Shown piece after piece: positions 1-10,759 of a DNA stretch of 64,000 nucleotides. The translations under genes and the position numbers were made by a program. The notes below the pieces were generated by a model. It saw nothing but the letters and a program-made list of their open reading frames with translations. It had not been told where the DNA came from and searched no databases. The DNA comes from Nemertoderma westbladi (Eukaryota; Animalia; Xenacoelomorpha), in the NCBI GenBank assembly GCA_032718475.1, contig JAUCBJ010009076.1:17754-81753 (forward strand). Reading direction: 5' to 3'. How positions within the stretch are numbered: the first letter of the stretch is position 1; each line of letters begins with the position of its first letter.

Positions 1-645
1 CCCAGATAAAAAAATATTCGGATTATTAGTAGGCATAACTACAGTATATAATTATTATTTTACTCTCAGAATTTGCCGGATAAAACATAACATACAGTAA
101 CTATGCATAACTAAACAAAACTAAGCTAAATGATCCAACCTTCGAAAAGTCTACAAATTTATCCTTCGTTTAGAAGGTAATTTATCCTTCGAATAGTAGC
201 ATAAATTATCATTCTAAACGCAGGATAAAAACTATAAATTCATCCACCCTTCGAAAAGTCTACAAATTTAGCCTTCATTTAGAAGGATAATTTATCCTTC
301 GAATAGCAGCATAAATTATCCTTCTAAACGAAGGATAAAAATTATCAATTCATCCACCCTTCGAAAAGTCTACAAATTTATCCTTCGTTTAGAAGGATAA
401 TTTATCCGGCGAATAGTAGGCATATTTATCCTTCTATTTGCCGGCTAAAAACTAGCTAAATCTTCAGAATCTTCGAATAGTCTTCGAATTTATCCTTCGT
501 TTAGAAGGATAATTTATCCTACGAATTGTAGACTGAATTATCAGACAATTTAGACGGCGAAAATGCTGATAATTTCGAAGAAAATTTATTTCGATCAAAT
601 TAGCAGCATATTAGTAGCAATTTCGAAGGATGTGACTTTGCTGGG
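1..645. mobile_element. Non-autonomous DNA transposon, EnSpm/CACTA-like, with internal ~110-bp repeats
   Basis: CCCAG at 1-5 and CTGGG at 641-645. Three ~110-bp units start at CCTTCGAAAAGTCTACAAATTT (~139, 249, 359), and TATCCTTC/GAAGGATA motifs recur in both orientations. The left end coincides with the window edge, so the TSD cannot be checked. Confidence 0.45.
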
Positions 646-709
646 AAAGTAAGTTAAAGTAACTAAGTAACCCTAAAATATTCAGGAATTCAATTATTCT
701 AAAAATAAT

Positions 710-960
710 TGACATACCGGTACTTACCATAGGCTTATTATATTTATTTCTATAAATTTGAGCTGAAATCATACCGGTACTCTGTAATTAATCTAGTCCG
801 TAATTATACTTATATATACTATAAGTGTAAGCTGTATACCGGTATTCACTATAGGCCTATTATATATTTATATATATCTGTGCTAAATTTATATACCGGT
901 ACCCTGTGACAAACCTAGTTTACAATACTTATATATATATTATAAGCATACCGGTATTCT
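710..960. repeat. Degenerate ~60-bp AT-rich tandem repeat upstream of the BEL ORF (probable 5' UTR)
   Basis: ATACCGGTA recurs about every 56-65 bp (~714, 771, 836, 892, 948), with similar AT-rich spacers. Confidence 0.55.
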
Positions 961-1093
961 AATATATTATATATATATCACGCTACACTGAGTAGCAGTA
1001 TCGGTAATTAATTATTAGGCCAACAGCGATACTGAATTACTAGACTTGCTTTAACTGTAATATAGCAGTAGGCATTCAACTGTACAATCAAAC

Positions 1094-4000
1094 ATGGCTG
1101 ACACAAGGCAAACTCTGTCAGATAGTCTCCTAGAAACAACAGCCTGTTTCTCAGATCAAAGTGTAGAGAATCCCAGACCGAGGTCTGAAACCCCTCATAC
1201 TGTAAGAAGGGCAACCCCTGCAGTGGTTGTGTCAGAACCTAGGTTGGTAGAAGCGATTTCGCAATTTGCGAAGTTAGTGAAGCGCCGTAGGTCTGCCATA
1301 GGCACTCGGGCCCAAGTCAAGCGGGATCAAGAAGAAGCTATAAAACAGCAGCAACCTCCTAGCCAAGAACCTAGTTCTCAGCGGCCCGATAGCTCCAGTA
1401 GTTCGGATACTGTTGAGCGGATGCCCGAACGCGGAGCGAAGATGGCGGATACGGTTTATGATGAGCGGCCAACCTATGAAGAATCAACCGACGCCACTTC
1501 TTCTCAAGTGGAAAGCGAAGTGAAAAGCGAATTAACAGCAGCAGAGAAGCCGCGAACTAGAGACGCCATTGACATCTACCTATCCGACTATCAGCGATTC
1601 TTAGGAGACGAAGAGTTGAGGAGACGACTGTCTGGACTTTCCCCCAATAGTGAAGGAGCCAAGTTTGTGTTGGACGCAATAGATGCGGAAATGTTGGCAG
1701 CGAATAGAGCGAAAATTGATGAAAGAATCCGCATCGTTAGAGAATGGGAACAACAGTTGAAGAAAAAACAGATAGAGGACAGAAAGACAGCAGCAGTAGC
1801 AGCGGCAGAGGCAAAAGCAGCAGCGGCAATGGCAGTGGCCGAAGCGAAACGGAGGGCATCTGAAGAAAAAGTCCAACTAGAGTTGGAGAATCTTCAAGAG
1901 AAGCACGATTACTTAAATAAACAGATAACGGCTAGTGATATGCAGCTGATAAGTCGGACTACTTCCAAGAGACAGGGATTTACATCCTCTGATGAAGGAG
2001 ATACAACAGATACTGAAGGCAAAGGAAATAGATCTCGTCTAAGCAGACGTGGAAGAACATCCCACCGTCATAAATTGCCTGATTTGCCTCCAGCTGTTAG
2101 AAGGCAACTAAATAACACCAACTTAGGTAGTACAGAACCCATAGACCAGGTGGTTAAAATAGAAAGACTCCCTACAATAGTTGATGAGCCTGAAATAATT
2201 AGGCCTGTCGTTCCCAAAGTCACTTCTGTGTTAGAGACCCCTGTACTTCCAGAGCTTAACTCTAAATTCCCTTTACATAGTACTACACTGCCTGTACCCG
2301 GTGGAACAGTCCAAGAGAATATCCCTGTCCAGATAGCAGAGAGAGAAATCAATAATTTGTCTCCCATCGTCCCGCGTCAGCCCGCTACTATGTTGGCGAC
2401 TCCCGCTTCGGCGGTTGAGTGGGTGGAAGAGGGACGGCGGGGGATGAATCTCCTGCTGGGACAGATGCAGGAGACTGTCCACCAACTTAAGGGAACAGTG
2501 AGGGAAAGTAGAGCAGAGTTGCAAGAAGTGCAGCAAAGTATCGCACTAGAACGCGACAAATTAGTCAATATTCAAAAGGGCATACCCATACCCCCTGTAA
2601 CATTGTGTCCACCTGTTAGGTCTGAAGTATTACATGCGCAAGGTGTGGAGCCTACACGCATCTATACTGCTAGTGAAGTAGAAACTCCTATAGCAAACCC
2701 TATTAAGGGTGATTATACGCCTGTTGTTAATGACATTCCCAATAGACCTGATAATAATCCGAGAAATTTATATACCGATAACTCGATATTCAATAACACG
2801 ATGGCCCAAGAAAGTTTTACGCGTCAAATGGCTAGAACCGAAGCCCGTCAAGCGGTAAAGGTTGGAGAGATAGTCAAGTTCAATGGAGATGAGATGAAAT
2901 GGTTACCTTTTAATGAATATTATAAAGATAACATACAGAACTCTGTGTTATCCAACGGAGAGAAACTTAGATTCCTCATCAAGTGCTTGGAAGGACCTCC
3001 CAAGTTAATGGCGTTAAAGTTTATTGGACATCCAGATGGATTAAGACAAGTTTGGGATACACTAAACATCAGGTATGGTAACAAGGATAACATAGCTAAG
3101 TATTTGTATGCAAAATTAGTAGCCCCCCGACACTTCCTTAGTAGCGGGATTATAGAGTTTTCCGATGAAATTCAAGAGATCTGTAGACAACTGGACTGGT
3201 TAGGTAAGTCGCATGAATATCAGAGTTCCATGGTTATTGGAGCCGTAGTCTCTACTTTACCAAAGGGCGGAGTATGTACACGCTGGGACAAGAAAGTGTT
3301 GTACATGAATGAACAACAACGACGAAGTCCTACCATGGCTGATCTCATGTCCTTCTTAGATGGTGAGGTAAAACTACAACTCATCAAGCAGTCCAGAGAG
3401 AAAACATCGGAAAATAAGGTAAGTGAGAAACCCGCTTCTAGGAGAAGAGTAACACCAGTGTGTTACACTGACGACGGCGAAAGCCAAGCTTCTCAAGAAG
3501 AGGACAGCGGGAAAGACACAGATCGATCTTACTATGTTGACAAAACCTCAAAAGGCGTAAGTAAATACAAGTCTCGAATCAGTGACAGGAGAGAACAGGT
3601 AACAACAACTCCTCCTACGTCTCCTAAGAGAATTCACGGAAGAAAGCCCGAAGAAAGAACGAGAGTGCATAACGTTACCCAAGGTAAGGTGAGTAACATC
3701 AAACCAAAATGTGCGCTGTGCGACGGGCCCCACTGTTTGAGTGCGTGTGCTGAATTTCTAAAGAAATCCCCTGTAGACAGACGTACAGTCCTGTGGAATA
3801 AGCGGTTATGCTATAATTGCCTCAGATCAGGACACCAACGGCGAACCTGTTACTCCGACGTAAAGTGTGCAAAGTGTGGCGCGAAACATCACATCTTGTT
3901 GCACAGTGAGTTCGAACGAAACAGCCCGAGTCAGGTAAGTGAGCCCAAATCACATGTCCAATTCAGTGATGTGAACGACACTGACCAAAGTTCTGAGTGG

Positions 4001-5143
4001 GAAGGATTCTATACGGACGAATTCTCCGATGCCAACGAATCCTGTTATCTAATAAATACCGCAGTGTATCGAGCACTTACTTACGAAAAGGACATCAACG
4101 ATGAGTTTCCCCCAACTACTTTCGCCAAACAACCCTCTTGGAAAACTCCAGCTTCCAACGTAGGAATCAGAGAATTTCCTGTAATTCAAGTAAGAGTTCA
4201 CGGTCTTAACAAAAGCTACATAGTGAACGCCCTCCTTGACTCCGGCAGCACAGGAACATTCATCGATCAAGAACTAGCCGAAGATATCTTTGCTGGACAA
4301 CCCAAGTTCCGGACTAAATTGAATATGTCAGGAATTATGCAGGTTTGGAAATCTACCCTAACGGCAGATTACTATATAGGTGCGTTGTCCACCCCACAGG
4401 ATAAATTAGGAGAACAAAGTATAAGGTCAGTAAAAATGGTAGCAATAAAGAACTTCGCTACTACCCAAGTAGCACCTTATAACTGGGACGAGGACGAGAG
4501 CATCCAACATCTTGAGATACCTCGATTCCAAACCGATTATCCTGGAGTACAAATCCTCATCGGCCAAAACGCGCACGAGGCGCTCGAGACATTAGAGAAA
4601 CGGCCTGCTCAACCGCAGCCATTACAAACTTATGCGGTAAGAACTAGAGTAGGTTGGTACTTTACTGGCCCTTCCCGCAGAACTCTTGAAGAAAGATTGC
4701 CACAAGACCGGCTACTTCAAGTAAAGGATTGGGAAGAGGAGAGCAGTGAAGTGGACGAACCCACTGAGGGAACACCATACTCCTCAGATAATGACGATAT
4801 TAACTCCAATGTAGATCAATGGAGACATCGCCCCGAGATGATTAATCCAGCCGACATCGCTTCCAGAGGAGCAACTCCTCAAGAACGGATAGATACTCCC
4901 GGCTGGTTAAGTGGACCCGACTCCCTAAGTAAAGAAGAAGATGAATGGCCTCCTCATCTTACCACGGCGGAGCGTAGACAGGCCAAGGGAGCGGAGGAAG
5001 TAACACGACAGCCTAATCGCCCAGCTGGTCGCTTATGTTTACTGGAAAGAGACCAAAAACTGTCTGGAAACTATGGAAGGCAAGATACTCTTCCTACGAC
5101 CACTTCCCTAATCCGACAAATATCTAGGGACTCCATAACGTAA
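1094..5143 (+). CDS. BEL/Pao LTR-retrotransposon Gag-protease polyprotein, internally deleted (no RT, most RNase H and integrase missing)
   Basis: Open 1349-aa frame: coiled coil; DUF1759-like Gag (KFNGDEMKWLPF); three BEL-type Zn knuckles (CALCDGPHCLSAC, CYNCLRSGHQRRTC, CAKCGAKHHILLH; ~3710-3903); aspartic protease ALLDSGS (~4238). These are followed by BEL RNase H-end motifs (QWRH..NPADIASRG, WLSGP..EWP) and an integrase-tail motif (RPAGRLCLLE). No YxDD RT motif. Confidence 0.9.
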   Translation: MADTRQTLSDSLLETTACFSDQSVENPRPRSETPHTVRRATPAVVVSEPRLVEAISQFAKLVKRRRSAIGTRAQVKRDQEEAIKQQQPPSQEPSSQRPDSSSSSDTVERMPERGAKMADTVYDERPTYEESTDATSSQVESEVKSELTAAEKPRTRDAIDIYLSDYQRFLGDEELRRRLSGLSPNSEGAKFVLDAIDAEMLAANRAKIDERIRIVREWEQQLKKKQIEDRKTAAVAAAEAKAAAAMAVAEAKRRASEEKVQLELENLQEKHDYLNKQITASDMQLISRTTSKRQGFTSSDEGDTTDTEGKGNRSRLSRRGRTSHRHKLPDLPPAVRRQLNNTNLGSTEPIDQVVKIERLPTIVDEPEIIRPVVPKVTSVLETPVLPELNSKFPLHSTTLPVPGGTVQENIPVQIAEREINNLSPIVPRQPATMLATPASAVEWVEEGRRGMNLLLGQMQETVHQLKGTVRESRAELQEVQQSIALERDKLVNIQKGIPIPPVTLCPPVRSEVLHAQGVEPTRIYTASEVETPIANPIKGDYTPVVNDIPNRPDNNPRNLYTDNSIFNNTMAQESFTRQMARTEARQAVKVGEIVKFNGDEMKWLPFNEYYKDNIQNSVLSNGEKLRFLIKCLEGPPKLMALKFIGHPDGLRQVWDTLNIRYGNKDNIAKYLYAKLVAPRHFLSSGIIEFSDEIQEICRQLDWLGKSHEYQSSMVIGAVVSTLPKGGVCTRWDKKVLYMNEQQRRSPTMADLMSFLDGEVKLQLIKQSREKTSENKVSEKPASRRRVTPVCYTDDGESQASQEEDSGKDTDRSYYVDKTSKGVSKYKSRISDRREQVTTTPPTSPKRIHGRKPEERTRVHNVTQGKVSNIKPKCALCDGPHCLSACAEFLKKSPVDRRTVLWNKRLCYNCLRSGHQRRTCYSDVKCAKCGAKHHILLHSEFERNSPSQVSEPKSHVQFSDVNDTDQSSEWEGFYTDEFSDANESCYLINTAVYRALTYEKDINDEFPPTTFAKQPSWKTPASNVGIREFPVIQVRVHGLNKSYIVNALLDSGSTGTFIDQELAEDIFAGQPKFRTKLNMSGIMQVWKSTLTADYYIGALSTPQDKLGEQSIRSVKMVAIKNFATTQVAPYNWDEDESIQHLEIPRFQTDYPGVQILIGQNAHEALETLEKRPAQPQPLQTYAVRTRVGWYFTGPSRRTLEERLPQDRLLQVKDWEEESSEVDEPTEGTPYSSDNDDINSNVDQWRHRPEMINPADIASRGATPQERIDTPGWLSGPDSLSKEEDEWPPHLTTAERRQAKGAEEVTRQPNRPAGRLCLLERDQKLSGNYGRQDTLPTTTSLIRQISRDSIT

Positions 5144-5150
5144 TAACATA

Positions 5151-5473
5151 TGGAGTGGGCGTGTGACTATATCATTTTATATTTGTTTTTATTTTATATT
5201 TATGTATGTATTATTATGTACTTTATTATAATCGTTTTTATTCAATTTTATTTAGTAGAATGTTATTTTAGTGATTATTTAGTAAGATTAGTGCAATATA
5301 TTAGTGTTTATTACGTACGTAATTACTTATAACATATATTTAGTGCGACGGCGAGAAATAATTTTTTCTCTTTCCTTACTGTCCGTATTATATTATAAAT
5401 GCGAGACTATAGTAAGATGACATGTCAGTACTTCTTAGAGTACAATAAAGCCACTACTATATTTAAGTATTAT
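5151..5473 (+). mobile_element. Putative polypurine tract and 3' LTR of the BEL element
   Basis: Purine-rich TGGAGTGGGCG (5151-5161) just after the stop, then TG at 5162 and AATAAA at 5444. The LTR end is not defined and no 5' LTR is in the window for comparison. Confidence 0.45.
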
Positions 5474-5864
5474 TGGTAGGCAGAGTATTAGGAATGCAAA
5501 GTTCAGATCCTCGTGTCTCGGCTAAACCAAGCTCTGGGTAGACCTTGGAAACGACTTGCCTCTTCACACTGACATTGCTTCGTGCGATATTGCTCTTCTA
5601 CCTTATAACAAATAATGCATATAGTAGCGTGATGTCCCTCTAACAGTAGCGTAAATCGCAAATAAATCTGTTAAACTTTTGACCATCTGTAATTCTAGTC
5701 GATTAAGATATCGCGGCACCCACCGATATACTTGAAAGACAAATTCTAGAATCAGTGGTTAACGTCCCCAGACAAGTTCTGGAATAAACCGGAGCCCATC
5801 CTAAATATTAATTTAATATTTATTAAAATCTGTAAAATCCTGATCCTTTAAAATTTCTAGTCAA

Positions 5865-7472
5865 TTAAGATATCGCAGTATTTACCGATATTCTTGGAAG
5901 GACTATTTTATCCCATACGGTACTATTAATATTAACCACGTCTACTGTAGCATTATCATTATTACCTCCCCCGCCCGTACGGTCACACCAGTTTTGGGTC
6001 TGTCGTGCGGTCCCTGTAAGTGGGGTATTAATAAATGTATCCACGGCCCCTGGCTCCCCTAAAATACTCGAGCCAGTCTCGCTCTCAGACGCCCCCGCCC
6101 GCACCAGTTGCAGCTCGTGCGTGCGTCTAATCCTATGTTCCGCTAGCTCACTTTGGCGTCTCTTTAATTCCTTATGTTCTCGCTCAGCTTCTACCATTCT
6201 CCTCTCACACTCCCGCGCGTCCCGCTCAGCCAACTCTGCTACTCTCCTAGCGCTCTCCCTTCGCCTCGCTTCACGCTCCTTGCGTTCACTTTCCCGTCTC
6301 GCCTCACGCTCCTTGCGTTCCTTTTCCTCTCTCGCCTCACGCTCCCTACACTCCCTTTCCTCTATTTAATCACACTCCCTAAGGCCTCTCAAAGCCCTTT
6401 CAGCCCTCTCTCCGGTTTCTCTAATCAATGTCGCTTCCCTCTCTAGCCGCATTCTCCCCTCCTCTAGCTGTTTATCCATTTCCCTCTGGCCTTGCTTTAT
6501 CAGGTCGAAACGGCACGCAGCACCTATCTCTCTCACCAGTCTTTCTTTTACGGAGGATGTAGCAGACTTATCGGTTGTGACGGATTCCCTCCGCCTTCCC
6601 GTCCTACTAACTTTCCCCCGCCTCCCGGAACTTCCTCCGACCGACGAGGCCGAATCCTCGGGGTTAACCTCGGATTCGCCCCCTTCAGGTCCCCTCCAAC
6701 CCACTAATTTTACTCCCCGGGCATCGACCAAGTATGGCCCTATGTACACTGACGCTACGCTAGGTTCCATACTCCCACATTCCCATAGTTCAAACAGTTC
6801 GCTGGCAACCCCTTTTGCTCTCTCCTCGGCTAGTTCTCTCTGCCCGAAGCGCATTAGATAATATAAATGTCTGTCCGACTTACCTAGTCCTGACTTTAGT
6901 TTTACCTTTTCTATCGTTTTCCCCTTTCTGGCCTCCTCTACTAGTCTCCGGGTCGCGTTGTAGGCCCGTCGAAGTCGCTCAGAAAGCCCGATGTCCTCGT
7001 CGCCGACCTCTCGTCCGTCTCTCCGGGTTCGACGTCATACCGGCGGCCCCACCGTCGCCGTTCCGGCGGGCCGTCCATCGCCCTCGGCCTGTGGCTGGCC
7101 GGCGACATCGGTACCGATTTCTCCTCCGTTTCTCCGGGTCCGGCGCCGCACCGTCAGCCCCACCGTCGCCGTTTCGGTGGGCCGCTCGTCGCCCTCGGCC
7201 TGTGGCTGGCCGGCGACACCGGTGCGTCGACCCCCGTCCCGTGTCGACTCGTCTCCTTCTCCCTCGAGCTCGTTCTCTCTATCCTCCGACTCGATTCCCC
7301 CTCCTCTCGACTCGGCTTCTGACTCCAGACGGTCCCCCTCATCTTGAACTTCCGGGTCGCCCGTTACCGATGGCTCCGGCGTCGTGGGCCTATACCGCCT
7401 GGTCGTGGCCTCGCGGATCGTTTGTTCTTCGTCCGGGGTCCGCGTCGGTGTTATCTCTCCCGACTGACTCAT
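5865..7472 (-). pseudogene. Gag-like N-terminal pseudogene of a second LTR retrotransposon
   Basis: ORFs 7472-7035, 6854-6366 and 6233-5865 are in one frame, broken by two in-frame stops. They contain VNPEDSASSVG, an E/R-rich coiled coil and a 111-bp internal duplication (~7021/7132). No catalytic domains seen. Confidence 0.55.
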
Positions 7473-8239
7473 CTCCTTCTGCAGATTGGTGGCTGGTGGT
7501 TTAGCTAGTTAGGCCAGCAGTTGGTTTAGTTAGTTTTACAGTTTAACTAGGGCGGCAGCTCGGTTTAGTTACTGTGACGGGATCCAGGAGGGATCCCGGT
7601 TTATCCGGTGTTAGTTCACGCGTCCCCGCCGTGTGTGAAGAGTAAATGAAAATGAGTAAATGAGTTCGCGTCCTTCGTTGTATATAATGATCGGTATAAA
7701 GATATAGATATAGGTTGTTGTACACGGAAGGCGGGATACGGTAACTGAAGTCCCGGTCCTTCCCTAGCTAAACTATCTAACCTAAACTGGCACTAATATT
7801 GCACTGAGATAACTGAACTGATATGATTACTGCCAAGTGGCTATATTGCACGGTTGGCCTTGTTACTCTACCTAATCGATGCCTTTCCCCCCGCTGATTG
7901 GTTGATACTCTTGTTGGCGCCCTTTGGAGTGTTCCCGTTCACTCCACCTGTTCTCTCTGGGTTAGGGGTTTGGCCCCTGACCCTCATTGTGTGCTTCTCC
8001 TTCCCATTCTTATTGGGGTGGCACGAGTTGGTTGATTACCCAATCTCGTGGCCCCCAATATTGCTTATCGGCTTAACTTTATGGGGTGTTAGCGGGATTG
8101 AATAAGCTAACAATCCTTTTAGGTTTGGTAATAGCTTTGTGACCCTGCAGTTTATGGGGCACCCGCTTTTGCGTTTTCGTCTTCCTTGCATTCACTCCTC
8201 CTTTTGTACATGGTAGTGGCAAATCTGACACACTCCCAG

Positions 8240-8800
8240 AGAAAGGGGGTGTTGTCGTCGACGCGACAGAAAGGGGAGGTGTCGTCAATGCAGCAGAAGG
8301 GGGTGGCATCGTCAACACAGTGGAAGGGGGCGGCATCGTCGGCGCGGTGGAAGGGTATGGTGTCCTCGGCGCAGCGGAAGCGGGCGGCGTCGTCAGTGCA
8401 GTGGAAGGGTATGGTGTCGTCAGCGCAGCGGAAGGGGGCATCGTCACCAACACAGTGGAGGGGGGCGGCATCGTCAACGCAGCGGAAGGGGGCGGCGCCG
8501 TCGGCGCAGCGGAAGGGGGCGTCGTCGCCAACACGGCAGAAGGGGGTGGTATTGCCAGGGCAGCGGGAGGGGGCGGCGTCGTCAACGCAGCAGAGGGGGG
8601 CGGCGTCGCTAACACAGTGGAAGGGGGCGGCGTTGTCAGCGCAGTGGTAGGGGGCGGCGTCATCGGCGCGAGTCAGAAGGGGGCGGTGTCGTCGGCACAG
8701 CAGTAGGGGGTGTCGTCATCGACGAAGCAGAGGGGGGCAGCGTCTTCGACGCAGCGGAAGACGGCGGTGGCGTCGACGCAGCGGAACAAGGCGCCATCGT
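8240..8800. repeat. GC-rich 30-bp minisatellite (Thr/Pro/Ser-rich reading on the minus strand)
   Basis: About 18 degenerate units like GTCGTCAACGCAGCGGAAGGGGGCGGCGTC. Coding status not established. Confidence 0.8.
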
Positions 8801-8952
8801 CAACCTGGTGGTACCATTGCATGGACTGCGCCTTGGTATCCGGCTTTTGGGGATTGGTTTTACCTTGACTGGGGTCCGGTGTATTAGAGATGGCATGTTA
8901 TATGTTGTTTATACTTACAGACTTACAACTTGTGCCTGTGTCTATGATATAT

Positions 8953-9181
8953 GGTTGGGACTCACTGCCTCTGGTGTCTTCACCATATAAGTGGATGTTG
9001 GCGACTCTGTCCTGCATCCGCCAGAGGCAGTTACCAACTGAGAAATACGGTATACCAACAAATTGAAGGTTTATAATTAATTATAAGAGGTTGGGACTCA
9101 CTGCTCCTGGTGTCTTCACCAAATAAATGGATGTAGGCGACTCTGTCCTACATCCGCCAGGGGCAGTTACCAACTGAGAAA
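8953..9181. repeat. Tandem duplication (136-bp period) of a ~90-bp hairpin-forming, exon-like unit
   Basis: Copies at ~8953-9046 and ~9089-9181. On the minus strand each has TTTCTCAG, then 72 nt, then GTGAGT. Confidence 0.75.
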
Positions 9182-10305
9182 TTCCGTCGGTAGCGGTACT
9201 GCAGTATCAGTGTACGGTAGATAATCAGATAATTTCCGCCTACCTGGCAGCCTGGTGCCTGGGGCCCTGGCAGCAGTCTGATGATTAGGTAGAATTTGAA
9301 GGTTCTAGTCTGCAATCTGCACGTTGTTCTCCAGTAAGCAGGTATGGCCTAGCCTCGCTAGACCTAATTCACGCCCGGTGATGCGGTCGGGCGGTACAGC
9401 AACAGGCAGACAGGTCAGTTTAGAGATCAGATAGTCAGATAGCTGTCATCCGCCAGCTAGGCTATGTATCCCGTCATAAACTCTCTTCTTAAACGCAGCA
9501 CACTTAAACTCTTACTTTCATATCGGCTCCAACTACACGCTGTATTTATTGTGGTATAATCGACGTTTATCTACCAAACAGTAGGTTGCCAGTCTATCTT
9601 AAAAGACTACTTTTATCCACCAAATATATAGGTTCCCGGTCTTCCTTTACAAGGCTACGTACGGCTATCCAGTCAAAATCGAAGGGGTTAGTGAGATGGG
9701 TGGTATAGGCGGGCATGAATCCACCGTAAAGTTTTAGCAGCGGTAGGCCTGCAGATGCATGTGTGAGTAGAACACAACAGACCATGTACCGGTACATTGT
9801 ATGTCTCAAATCTAAACATCCTTTGATATCAATAGATAGCTATAGCATAGCAGGGGCATACAAGTGTTAATCCTTCATGATATAGGCACAAAATAAATAT
9901 GGTAGTCTATTGTTTGTTTATTTTTTTTTTTCATTTTTGTCGAATGCATCCGGGGCTGGGGGTGAAATTTACGAAACACACAGCGACGCCTACACACCCA
10001 TACATGTACCGTAAACAGGTAGGCCTCTCAAGGGATGGCAGCCTAGACCTTATACAGACCAGGCCATAATAGGCCAACTATCTAACTACTCTCCTAACCT
10101 TGTTGTAACTTAACCAAGCGATTGACCCTATATTATTGAAACAGCTATAGGCCTACTAGCTACTAGCCTACTCCGGGTCCCAAACAATAACTAACCAATC
10201 CATGGCCTAACCACCAGTAGTTCCACGAACGGCATTTTAGCCATTGATTGAACGGACAGACTTATGAATAACTTTTTTGGATCCCATACACTCAAATTAA
10301 CTAAC

Positions 10306-10430
10306 CATCCACGGCCAACTGTGTTTTACGGCAACAAATCCTCCTATAATTCTTAAAATATAATCCATGTTTGGTTTCTGCACTGAGTCACCACAGTATG
10401 GAGAGTGGGGTGGTAAACTTGGAAGTGGCG
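10306..10430 (-). CDS. CUB-serine protease exon: linker, activation site and start of trypsin (S1) domain
   Basis: Acceptor TTTTTTGCAG, donor GTTAGT. Encodes PLPSLPPHSPYCGDSVQKPNMDYILR/IIGGFVAVKHSWPWM. Phase matches exon 12996-13124. Confidence 0.85.
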
Positions 10431-10759
10431 CTGCAAAAAATATAAAATTATCTATAATAGGGGTATAAATATTAAATAACGATAAATTATTGGAATTACC
10501 ATTAGAGGTATCAACAGTTATTCTCCAAAGCAACACAAAATCCTGTCATGAACAACGTCTGACCTGAAACCTATTATCACCTATTATTATCAAGCTCCAT
10601 GATTCATGCTTCAAGCATGACATCATAGCATGCCATCAAGTAGGGCACTATTCTGTGCGTAATTTTTCCAGCCTTTAGTCGGATTAGAACCTGTGCCGCC
10701 AAACACTATTGTAAAACTACCTCAGGCGCTATATCCACTCGGACACGTCGACTGACGTG

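Noticed and set aside
6815-7504. Plus-strand 229-aa ORF and other antisense ORFs over retroelements
   Set aside because: Shadow frames of GC-rich gag or RT sequence with no recognisable motifs.
7823-7840. Minus-strand PBS (CA-ct-TGGCAGTAATC) for the second gag element
   Set aside because: Plausible position, but no LTR pair or tRNA match can be verified.
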